Shown here: positions 24,253 through 32,000 of the stretch, in pieces
How positions within the stretch are numbered: the first letter of the stretch is position 1
Layout: each line of letters opens with the position of its first letter
Origin: Staphylothermus hellenicus DSM 12710
GTDB lineage: Archaea > Thermoproteota > Thermoprotei_A > Sulfolobales > Desulfurococcaceae
Length of the DNA: 32,000 nucleotides
Assembly (NCBI RefSeq): GCF_000092465.1
Contig: NC_014205.1
Span: 810,001 to 842,000 of the forward strand
Reading direction: 5' to 3'
Made by a program: the position numbers and the translations under genes
Notes under the pieces: generated by a model
The model's database searches: none
What the model saw: only the letters and a program-made list of their open reading frames with translations
What the model was told of the DNA's origin: nothing

Positions 24253-25838
24253 TATTTGCCACCGTAGAGATAAGCTTGTACATAATGGTTATCATATAAT
24301 CTATTATATGCTCCTCTATTGAATATGGAGTCTATACTGTAATAATTTAGGTAAACCATGCATCCTGCAAAGTAGTTTTCATAGTATATTATAAATAATT
24401 GATTATTATCTGGGCTCTTATTATAATACAATGTTTTCAATAACAGGCTTGAATCAATGTTTTTAACCATGATCCCGTAGAAAACAATCTTTGTATCCCC
24501 ACTAATTTTTAGATCATCCCCTGCATAGGTAAAGACTGTGTCGAAGCCTCTTGTCTCACCTATAGGGTAATACCATGTATATGAGACTCCATCTCTATAG
24601 CTCACTATATTAACTATAACAATTGATCCAGGCAGTAATGTAGCTAAAACCATAAATACTGCGAGTGATTTCTTCAACGAGGATCTTTTCTGCCACATAT
24701 AAGCCACTATAATAGCCATTATAAACACTATATAATTTATAAACCTGTGAATTATGCTTGAGAAAAATGGTGCACCAAATAATACATATATAATATTATA
24801 TAGGATAAATAACCCCATACCATCCACTAACAAATTAACCATCTCATCACCCACTACAACAATAAAGGGAATAGATAAAGCCATAGGCAACACATACCAG
24901 AATAAGCGAGAACCAAGTATGCTTACACCAGGCAATACCCTTGCAAGATCCGGGGAAAACATCAAGAATAATATAGTGAATATCGAGATTATTATGGGAA
25001 CAAGTAATTGATTAGATCTCTTTTCCGCAAATACTAGGTAGCCGCCGTAGAGAACTAATCCATACAGTATATATGTTAATATGTTGCCGGGAGAAGCAGA
25101 GATTTTCAAACTAGCAGAGCCGTATGTGAAATAATATGATAAGAAGACTCCAACAATAACTACTATGATCAGAGAGGCTTTAAGCATGTGAAGCGGGGAA
25201 ACAAGGTTCTTACCCCATAAATGATAGGCTATTGATACAAAAACAAATCCTAGCAGAAACCCTGCCAGCATAAATGTTGCTAGGTGATGGGATAATACAA
25301 GACCCATGGATAAAACACTTAATGCTACAAGATCTCTTCCCATGAGAACCCCGTTGATAAGTGTTCTAAGAGCAAAAATTGTTATAGCGAAGAATAATGG
25401 GTAAGCATATGTTTCCTTCAATGGGCTTGAAGTAAATACTAAGTATGAAGGCGTATATCCTAGGATAAGTATTGCTAATGCACATGCGCTTATACTATAA
25501 AATCTCCTAATGACAGTGTAGAATAATAGAAGTAGTCCAAGACTTAAAATAATAGTGTAAATGTACATGTAAACTATTCTCAAAGATATACCTGTGACCC
25601 ATGTATATATTGTTGTTGAAAGAATTATTCCAGGCCAGTGATTATTGTATCCATCAAAGAACTTATCATCCCATATCTTAGCATCAGGCTTCCCCAATAG
25701 AATCTTGGCATCTCTGTAGAGGGGCCAAACATCTGTTGAGAAAAGATTATTGGAAATATATGCTGGAATAACATGGATTATTGTTGAAAGAGTAAATACT
25801 ACAATGAGAAATATTGTTGCTTTATTATTGTTCACCAT
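24249..25838 (-). CDS. Polytopic membrane protein (12 or more predicted TM helices) with a C-terminal soluble domain; possible GT-C-fold glycosyltransferase
   Basis: 529-aa ORF, hydrophobic over about 420 aa. The first loop, FSTDVWPLYRDAKILLG, resembles the acidic first-loop motif of PMT_2/ArnT-like GT-C enzymes. The C-terminal 110 aa are beta-rich and soluble. It has 4-nt and 14-nt overlaps with flanking operon genes. The function call is weak. Confidence 0.7.
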   Translation of the reverse strand: MVNNNKATIFLIVVFTLSTIIHVIPAYISNNLFSTDVWPLYRDAKILLGKPDAKIWDDKFFDGYNNHWPGIILSTTIYTWVTGISLRIVYMYIYTIILSLGLLLLFYTVIRRFYSISACALAILILGYTPSYLVFTSSPLKETYAYPLFFAITIFALRTLINGVLMGRDLVALSVLSMGLVLSHHLATFMLAGFLLGFVFVSIAYHLWGKNLVSPLHMLKASLIIVVIVGVFLSYYFTYGSASLKISASPGNILTYILYGLVLYGGYLVFAEKRSNQLLVPIIISIFTILFLMFSPDLARVLPGVSILGSRLFWYVLPMALSIPFIVVVGDEMVNLLVDGMGLFILYNIIYVLFGAPFFSSIIHRFINYIVFIMAIIVAYMWQKRSSLKKSLAVFMVLATLLPGSIVIVNIVSYRDGVSYTWYYPIGETRGFDTVFTYAGDDLKISGDTKIVFYGIMVKNIDSSLLLKTLYYNKSPDNNQLFIIYYENYFAGCMVYLNYYSIDSIFNRGAYNRLYDNHYVQAYLYGGKY

Positions 25839-26985
25839 ATATCTTCACCGACCATATACCAGCAATGATCAATGCAGCATTTATTATGAGAGAATAAACC
25901 AAGAATTCCCCATCAAATACTAGGCTCCTCTCATAGCCTAAGATATTAAATCTGATAAGAGGAAACAATGCTTCTGAAACAATAGCAACTACCAAACCTG
26001 CTAGGGAGAGATAGAGGAGTGTATATAGTGTAATAAATAATTTTATCTTATAAGCTGGCAATCCCTGCTCGTAAAGTATGGTTAACCTGTCAAGATCATG
26101 TGTGATAAGTGATTGACCCAAGAAATAGAATCCTAAGCTCAATAGAAGGGTGATCGCCAATAATAATGCGAATAATAAGTTTCTGCTGAGACCCAGCCTG
26201 GACAAGAACATGTTTCCGAGATTTTCATATGTTCTCGCACTAATCTCTCCACCACTATATCTGAGTGCAAGCAATGCTTTCTCGAGTAGGCTCGTCTTGG
26301 AGGCTGGGATATTGAATAGTTCAGCCACTCTATACATGTCTTCGCGGTTGTTTAGGAATACTATGGCTATCGAAGCAGTATTGGGGCCTGAGCCACGTAT
26401 AGTTCTAGCTGTGTCAAGAGTTGTTAAGAACTCATATCTTAGGGGACCCTCTGTATTGATTATTCCCTTAACAACTAGTATGTGGTCTGAGGATGTGAAT
26501 GGTGAATAAACAATTATTGTATCATTAACACTTATTCCAAGCCTCTGAGCAAGAGATATGCCAACCCATACACAATTAGTACAATTATCATTGAATCCTC
26601 CGCCTATAAACTCGTATTCTCCAGCAACTACTCGGAGATCATTTCTTCTAAGCCCTCGGATAATAATGTTTGAGGAATCATACCTTACAATTGCTAAGAC
26701 CTCATAGACTGTTCTATTAACGCCCCCAACTTTTATAAGCTTATCCTCAATCTTTCCAGTATCGAATATTGATGTGAATGGTGCTAGTGAATAGGAGGAT
26801 AAGACTATATAGTGTGGGGTTATGGATTGTTTAGGATACACTATATAGTCTGGCAGAGTATATGTGGAGTCTATGAATCCTTCATTGATCAATATAGTTG
26901 ATAAGAACAATGTGGCGGTAACTAGTACGAGCAAATACCTGTTAAAACTCAGTATTCGCCAAACACACAATATACTGCTTATCAA
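25825..26985 (-). CDS. ABC transporter permease, FtsX/MacB-type (extracytoplasmic domain plus FtsX 4-TM module)
   Basis: An N-terminal TM helix is followed by a large ectodomain with VWVGISLAQRLGISVNDTIIVYSP (MacB_PCD-like). The C-terminal FtsX-like helices include LTILYEQGLPAYKIKL. Confidence 0.8.
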   Translation of the reverse strand: MISSILCVWRILSFNRYLLVLVTATLFLSTILINEGFIDSTYTLPDYIVYPKQSITPHYIVLSSYSLAPFTSIFDTGKIEDKLIKVGGVNRTVYEVLAIVRYDSSNIIIRGLRRNDLRVVAGEYEFIGGGFNDNCTNCVWVGISLAQRLGISVNDTIIVYSPFTSSDHILVVKGIINTEGPLRYEFLTTLDTARTIRGSGPNTASIAIVFLNNREDMYRVAELFNIPASKTSLLEKALLALRYSGGEISARTYENLGNMFLSRLGLSRNLLFALLLAITLLLSLGFYFLGQSLITHDLDRLTILYEQGLPAYKIKLFITLYTLLYLSLAGLVVAIVSEALFPLIRFNILGYERSLVFDGEFLVYSLIINAALIIAGIWSVKIYGEQ

Positions 26986-28001
26986 TCCTTACCACCAATC
27001 TTATTCAGTGCCAACATAATTGAGGCAACGGATACTAGAGCATAAACAACCGTAATGGTAAACATGCTACTCATGCTTGGCAGAGGCCTAATAGTAATAA
27101 TTATTCCAAAGAATCTTAGAATATAAAATGATAGATGCATAAATAATACTCCTAAACCAATACCGTAAACTATCATCAATAAACCCGCCACAGATAGAAC
27201 TATGCCCAATGCTAGCCTAGTCTTCCCCCATGAAACACCCAGGCTATGTAGAACGTCTAGATCACCATGTACCATGTTAATTGCTCTTCTATATCCGAGA
27301 TACATTATTGGAAAATATGTTAGTGCTACGAGATATGTGAAACCATATGTGTATGATGAAATATAATTTGTGAGCTGATTTAGGAACGAATTAATTTCTG
27401 AACCACTATTTATCCTACACACCCAGTAAAGCTTTCCAGACCCTTTCCTCCAAAACACTTCTCTGCTTGTTAAGACTATTATGGATGAAGAATATAATCC
27501 CCTGCCACCATGTATATATCCCACCTTATAGCTTCTGCATTCACCATCTACACAAATACTTATATTGGAGCCAAGCTTTACTCCCAGCCTCTGAGAAACA
27601 AAGCTGCTTATTGAAACTATTTCTGAAGCATTATTATTAAATAAGCATTTATGGGGATAATGATCTATATTTTCCACATAGTCTTCTCTATCCATATAGA
27701 TTATCTCTATATTCAACGACCTGTTCCCAACAATTATTTTCCCAGCATGAACACGTATACCTATACATTCACCCATGTTATTGCTACTATTATATGGGAG
27801 TATTATAAGAGAAGATCTCCCCTCCATGAAGCTAAGCATTTGCTGAGAATGCATACTGAGAGTAGGGGGTATGAGGCTGTAAGCAGTTGATATAGCTACG
27901 GGGATAGATAAGATGATCAGGAATAATAATAAGGTATTTCTTCTCATGACAATGAGAAATAGAGTCTTGAACAAGGTGTTTCGCTGCAATTTTTCATTCA
28001 T
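26982..28001 (-). CDS. ABC transporter permease, FtsX/MacB-type (second, divergent paralogue)
   Basis: An N-terminal TM helix is followed by an ectodomain with VSQRLGVKLGSNISICVDG. The FtsX-like C-terminus reads LDVLHSLGVSWGKTRLALGIVLSVAGLLMIVYGIGLG. It has a 4-nt overlap with the next permease gene. Confidence 0.75.
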   Translation of the reverse strand: MNEKLQRNTLFKTLFLIVMRRNTLLLFLIILSIPVAISTAYSLIPPTLSMHSQQMLSFMEGRSSLIILPYNSSNNMGECIGIRVHAGKIIVGNRSLNIEIIYMDREDYVENIDHYPHKCLFNNNASEIVSISSFVSQRLGVKLGSNISICVDGECRSYKVGYIHGGRGLYSSSIIVLTSREVFWRKGSGKLYWVCRINSGSEINSFLNQLTNYISSYTYGFTYLVALTYFPIMYLGYRRAINMVHGDLDVLHSLGVSWGKTRLALGIVLSVAGLLMIVYGIGLGVLFMHLSFYILRFFGIIITIRPLPSMSSMFTITVVYALVSVASIMLALNKIGGKD

Positions 28002-28138
28002 AGTATCAAGCCAACACCCATCATGTAGTCAAGATAATAATGTACTAAGCAATCATTGCTTGATTGAAAATCTTAAGCGCTCTAAATAATAGATTAGCTA
28101 AGGTGAAAATAATTAATATTATTATATGAATATAGTGT

Positions 28139-28522
28139 TTAAAACCCTATGAGCCTGGGTCTAGACACTTTTATTCCCGGGTATATCTTCTTTAATAACT
28201 GCATTATTTTCTCATATGCTATAGCTACACTTGTATTTGTTATAACAGTTCCTGACTCCCTATAGATTTCAAGAAAGTATTCGTCACTATCCATTGTTGA
28301 TATGTGTAGATAAGCCATATCCATTATTTGATCCTCATATTTTAGTTTGCCGAAGGCTAGTCCTAAACTTTTCAATTCAGAGCCTAAGGCTTCTGATACA
28401 AGATCCTTTAATTTATTTATGTCTATATTCCTCAGTTTATCAATAACGACTCCTTTCTCCTCATCCAAGAACTGTATAATGCCTAGAGTGAAGCCGTCTA
28501 ATCCATAAACACTCAGTCTCAA
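28139..28522 (-). CDS. Hypothetical cytosolic protein (last gene of the MoxR-DUF58 operon?)
   Basis: 127-aa ORF with a TTG start, on the same strand and 42 nt after the upstream gene. No motif was recognised. Confidence 0.5.
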   Translation of the reverse strand: MRLSVYGLDGFTLGIIQFLDEEKGVVIDKLRNIDINKLKDLVSEALGSELKSLGLAFGKLKYEDQIMDMAYLHISTMDSDEYFLEIYRESGTVITNTSVAIAYEKIMQLLKKIYPGIKVSRPRLIGF

Positions 28523-28564
28523 AGCGAAGACTCCTCACAAATAATTATTGGAGAGGGACAATTT

Positions 28565-29119
28565 TTATTTAGTGGATTTTATTGTTTCCGCCACCATTTT
28601 CACTATGGTATATTTTCTATAAGCAGCTATGAACAGCATTGCTACTGCGTATATTATTGTGCTGGTCACTATTGGTTCAAGTCTTATGCCCCAAGGTGTA
28701 TAGTTTAGTAGTAAGCCTATTAGTGGGATTATTGCTAGTGATAAGCCTATTGATAATGCAAGTCTCTCAAGCGGCGTGAGGCTTTTTTCTTCAGGATATA
28801 GTGCTTCAACCAATACGTAGCCTGGTATGAATAGGATGTAGATGCTTCCAAACACGTATCTGAGGGGGAGGGTTGAGGGGGCTATATTGGATAATGTTAT
28901 TGATGCTGGGGCGAGAACTATTAGGGTGAGAGCTGACCAGAACCATAGACTATAATCAAGTCTTCTCATATATTCTGCGAAGCTTGTTGGAGGAGATGGA
29001 TCGATTAGTTTGATTTTTCCAGCGGATTCATCCTTATAAACCTCTCTTATAGCACTATATAGGCTTTTTTTACCGGTAAGCTTTTTGTTAACTAGTTCCT
29101 CGAGAGTCTCCTTTTCCAT
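28565..29119 (-). CDS. Membrane protein resembling the N-terminal transmembrane half of DUF1616
   Basis: The segment LRYVFGSIYILFIPGYVLVEALYPEEKSLTPLERLALSIGLSLAIIPLIGLLLNYTPWGIRLEPI matches my recollection of the DUF1616 TM core (PGY..alfP, ER.alS.glS, LNytPwGIrL). It is preceded by a soluble N-terminal segment of about 55 aa. Confidence 0.65.
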   Translation of the reverse strand: MEKETLEELVNKKLTGKKSLYSAIREVYKDESAGKIKLIDPSPPTSFAEYMRRLDYSLWFWSALTLIVLAPASITLSNIAPSTLPLRYVFGSIYILFIPGYVLVEALYPEEKSLTPLERLALSIGLSLAIIPLIGLLLNYTPWGIRLEPIVTSTIIYAVAMLFIAAYRKYTIVKMVAETIKSTK

Positions 29120-29125
29120 ACCTGA

Positions 29126-30070
29126 TCAACCACCTGGGCTTACTGGTTTAACGTATAAGTGGTTCCACCTACCAGTATAGATCCATTCATTACTGTCTAC
29201 ATTATAGATCCATAGCTCGAATATTAGTGCTATACGGCTAGTATTGGTATTGCCAGAATAGCTTATTGGCACAACTATTTTGAACGTAGTGTTTTCTCCC
29301 TGGTTCAAAACACCTCTCCACTCCTTAATCTCTGGTTCCGGCGATGGCGTAGTGTTTGTTGGGATCGTATTGTTTGTCCCGATCCTATAGATTACCCTGT
29401 AATAAATTGGCTCATTCATATGGTTATCCACGAAGATGCATAACGTGATATTATCGCCTACAACAACTTCTCTAGGATAATCACCTATCACACAGTTCTC
29501 ATTAAGCAAACCCAAAGCAGTGAATGGCTCAACAACCCTTGGCCTAAGAACCTGTGCAGCTGCGAAAACTGATGCAACAACTATGATAGCCATTATAACA
29601 GCAAATACTTCCTCATATGAACCAGAATTTTTCTCCCCAGAACTATGATGTACTCTCTTAACAATCCATCCCCTTCTAAGCCTATACCATAGGTAGAGGT
29701 ATATGCGGGGGATGAGGAAATAGGCTAGTATGGGTAATGATAATAGTATTGCTACCAAGCCATACTTGTAGATTGTCTTGTAGAGATAAATTGTCTCAGC
29801 CTTGCTCTTCAAAGACGCGATCTCATTCTTGATCCCTGATAATATAGTTTTAGCCCTATCATAGTCTCCATTATTAATCAGCTTAACAGCTTGATCAAGC
29901 TTATGGACAAGATCCTCTACATTAACACCGTGATTGTAGAGGTAGTCTATATCCTTCAATACGTTGGCAACTTCTGAGTCAAGGTTCTCAGAGTACACTA
30001 TGGGGTATATAGTATACAGCAGCACTAGCACGAAAGCAATGATCACGACGTATTTCTCTATGCTAGGCAC
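29126..30070 (-). CDS. Membrane protein with a helical ectodomain and a C-terminal DUF1616-like beta domain
   Basis: 314 aa. The order is TM1, a helical segment of about 70 aa, TM2, a basic loop and TM3. Then comes FTALGLLNENCVIGDYPREVVVGDNITLCIFVDNHMNEPIYYRVIYRIG..., resembling the extracellular C-domain of DUF1616 (eFY.L....a.dYP......v.NhE...Y.v). Confidence 0.65.
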   Translation of the reverse strand: MPSIEKYVVIIAFVLVLLYTIYPIVYSENLDSEVANVLKDIDYLYNHGVNVEDLVHKLDQAVKLINNGDYDRAKTILSGIKNEIASLKSKAETIYLYKTIYKYGLVAILLSLPILAYFLIPRIYLYLWYRLRRGWIVKRVHHSSGEKNSGSYEEVFAVIMAIIVVASVFAAAQVLRPRVVEPFTALGLLNENCVIGDYPREVVVGDNITLCIFVDNHMNEPIYYRVIYRIGTNNTIPTNTTPSPEPEIKEWRGVLNQGENTTFKIVVPISYSGNTNTSRIALIFELWIYNVDSNEWIYTGRWNHLYVKPVSPGG

Positions 30071-30072
30071 TA

Positions 30073-31386
30073 TTATGCACCCACAGCTATTCTACCAGGG
30101 ATCCTTCTATGCCAAAACAATGTTTTAACACCCATACCTCTAAGCCTCTCAACGACCAGGTTATAGCTTCTGTAAAGCCTATATGCTTCCTCCAGATCCC
30201 CTGCATCCCTCCAAGGTTTCGGAGGAATCACTAGTATAGGCTCTACACCTTTATCTATGAGGCTATCAACTAAATCAATGATTTTCCTAGTTGAATGCAG
30301 AACCATTGATACAATAACCGCTCTCCCAGAATCACCCATAGCAGAGCCTACGATCACATCTGTTACAGGCTTATCAGGTATAACCCTGTCCTTAACTATT
30401 CTTGACAAATAATTTCTAAGCTCCCTAGTTGTTAATGGCTGGATGTACTCGTATAGGTCGAGATCTTTAACAATATTCTTCTCCAAGACAAGATTTATGA
30501 AGTATGCTAATAAACTCTTATAGTCTCTGAACAATATTCTTTTCCCACCTGCCATGTCGTAGACATAGTTGAGAGGAATACCCTGCTTAACAACCGTGAC
30601 AATAAATGATAATAGCGCTGAAGCTACTGCATCACATGTTGATGGACCAATACATCTAGTATCAAATACTAGGCCTGCATTCTCGCCAAACACTTCCCTA
30701 TAATCCTTAATCATCAGTTTTTGTGCACGAGAAGTAGCCTTCCAATCAATACGCTTAACAGGATCACCTGGGACATATTCTCTAGTCTCATAATATACTC
30801 CACTACTGCTTCTAAGAGCCGCGGATACGGGGAGTGCTTCGCTGAGAAATACTGAGCCACCTGTTCCGCCTCGGAAGCCTAGTATTCCTAGAGCAACTAT
30901 TAGCCAGTACAGTGTTTCCGGTAAAACTTTAAACTCTATTGATGCATCCAAGGTTTTCCTAGAAATAAATAATGATAATGGACTCTTCATCGAAACAATA
31001 ATCTTGGACAACCTATATATCCCACTATGCTTAAACGAAGCTTTAGCCCTGACTTTTATGCGTTTCTCTATTTTCTCGAAACCGATTATTTTTATCCATT
31101 TAGGCAATACTCTCTGATCCATATTGACTGTTCTCCTACTACAATTAATTACAAGGTTAAATACTGGCTTCTCCCAAACCCATAGCCTCTTATGCAGTTT
31201 AGGCTCACACGAGCACCTTGTCCTCCTCGATGTTATCATGAAAACTGCTAGGTCTGAGAGAATAATTGCTATGGTAAGTATGGATGCTGTATAGAATATG
31301 GGGTCGCCTACAATTATTGATAACGGTATCAAAACTGCTTCCAAGAATAATGCTCCTACTCCACGCTGACTAATATTTATGCTCAA
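30073..31386 (-). CDS. DUF58 domain-containing protein (vWA-like, MoxR partner)
   Basis: It has two N-terminal TM helices and the hallmark YETREYVPGDPVKRIDWKATSRAQKLMIKDYRE. It has a 4-nt overlap with the upstream MoxR gene. Confidence 0.85.
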   Translation of the reverse strand: MSINISQRGVGALFLEAVLIPLSIIVGDPIFYTASILTIAIILSDLAVFMITSRRTRCSCEPKLHKRLWVWEKPVFNLVINCSRRTVNMDQRVLPKWIKIIGFEKIEKRIKVRAKASFKHSGIYRLSKIIVSMKSPLSLFISRKTLDASIEFKVLPETLYWLIVALGILGFRGGTGGSVFLSEALPVSAALRSSSGVYYETREYVPGDPVKRIDWKATSRAQKLMIKDYREVFGENAGLVFDTRCIGPSTCDAVASALLSFIVTVVKQGIPLNYVYDMAGGKRILFRDYKSLLAYFINLVLEKNIVKDLDLYEYIQPLTTRELRNYLSRIVKDRVIPDKPVTDVIVGSAMGDSGRAVIVSMVLHSTRKIIDLVDSLIDKGVEPILVIPPKPWRDAGDLEEAYRLYRSYNLVVERLRGMGVKTLFWHRRIPGRIAVGA

Positions 31387-32000
31387 ATCTTCGGTACCTC
31401 TACTTCCCCGAGTACTCTGGAGATAATGCTTGATTGATCAATTCCTTCAGCTTGATACTCGGGCTTTAAAACTATTCTATGATACAGTGTGTAGGGGGCG
31501 AGATATTTTACATGATCAGGTATTACATAGTCCATGCCATTTATAAATGCCAGTGCTCTACTACCCTTATACAACCATATAGATGCTCTGGGGGATGGGC
31601 CGAGTAATACTTCCTCACTATTCCTAATACTATATACTATGTCCACAATGTATTTCCTAATAGATGGTGCTACATGGATCCCCCTAACCATCTTCTGCAT
31701 CTCACCAATATCTCTAGGCGACAATATACTGTCTATTCTCGCCTCATCAATAATGTCTATCCTAGACAACAACCCCATCTCAACACTTGGCTCAAGATAG
31801 GATAATCTACATGAATAAGCAAATCTATCTATGAGAACAGGTGTTAGGGGGTATGTGCCCTCAGAACCCACAGGCATCTGTGTAGCAACAACTAGGAAAG
31901 GTTTTGGGAGAGAAAATGTTGTTCCCTCAATACTAACCTGCTTCTCCTGCATAGCCTCTAATAAGGCGCTCTGAGTTCTTGGAGGAGCCCTGTTAAGCTC
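31383..32000 (-). CDS. MoxR-family AAA+ ATPase, C-terminal part (N-terminus beyond the window end)
   Basis: The frame is open to position 32000 (ELNRAPPRTQSALLEAMQEKQVSIEGTTFSLPKPFLVVATQMPVGSEGTYPLTPVLIDRF...). This matches the MoxR sensor region consensus (LLEAMeErqVti.G....LP.PF.V.ATQNP.e.eGTYpLPeAqlDRF). Confidence 0.85.
   Translation of the reverse strand, partial: ELNRAPPRTQSALLEAMQEKQVSIEGTTFSLPKPFLVVATQMPVGSEGTYPLTPVLIDRFAYSCRLSYLEPSVEMGLLSRIDIIDEARIDSILSPRDIGEMQKMVRGIHVAPSIRKYIVDIVYSIRNSEEVLLGPSPRASIWLYKGSRALAFINGMDYVIPDHVKYLAPYTLYHRIVLKPEYQAEGIDQSSIISRVLGEVEVPKI

Noticed and set aside
1-32000. CRISPR arrays, rRNA/tRNA genes and intact IS elements
   Set aside because: I scanned by eye for regularly spaced 24-37-nt repeats, GC-rich cloverleaf-sized islands and transposase-like ORFs, and found none. 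The only tandem repeat is the 7-mer at 5801-5820.

Overview
AT-rich archaeal chromosomal segment. It is most consistent with a hyperthermophilic crenarchaeon (Desulfurococcales-like). This is inferred from gene content (archaeal Elp3, tungsten AOR, a RuBisCO type III-like relic, DUF1616, a Thr/Ser-linker solute-binding protein) and from GGAGGAGGT Shine-Dalgarno boxes, not from any search.

Gene order:
- partial MBL-fold hydrolase (1-511, -)
- Elp3 (585-2081, +)
- intact HEPN/MNT pair (2235-2964, -)
- roughly 1.8 kb gene-decay tract with an ABC-2 permease relic and a nuclease-like relic (about 3156-3960)
- orphan 170-aa ORF (4778-5290, +)
- DUF4870 membrane gene broken by a 7-bp tandem duplication (5518-5897, -)
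- FUN14-like membrane protein and an SDR epimerase (6157-7607, -)
- coupled P-loop kinase-like and NTP_transf_5-like pair (7721-9219, +)
- three-gene tungsten aldehyde oxidoreductase cluster: AOR, 4x[4Fe-4S] protein, FAD reductase (9245-12934, -)
- decayed RuBisCO large-subunit gene (about 13190-14058, -)
- five-gene Opp/Dpp-type ABC importer (14308-19934, +)
- small accessory island (20083-23488, +): vapB plus broken vapC, an orphan ABC-type ATPase with a 119-aa partner, then broken hepT plus intact mntA
- LolCDE/MacB-like FtsX ABC operon with an embedded 529-aa polytopic membrane protein (23593-28001, -)
- MoxR-DUF58 operon with a permuted or split DUF1616 pair (28139-32000, -)

No rRNA, tRNA, CRISPR array or intact transposase was found by eye.

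The best candidate for an undescribed system is the ATPase plus mini-partner pair at 20923-22670, embedded between toxin-antitoxin modules. A second theme is heavy pseudogenisation limited to accessory and toxin genes, while core genes stay intact.

All family assignments come from motif recognition by eye and from memory of family consensus. None has been verified by a search.
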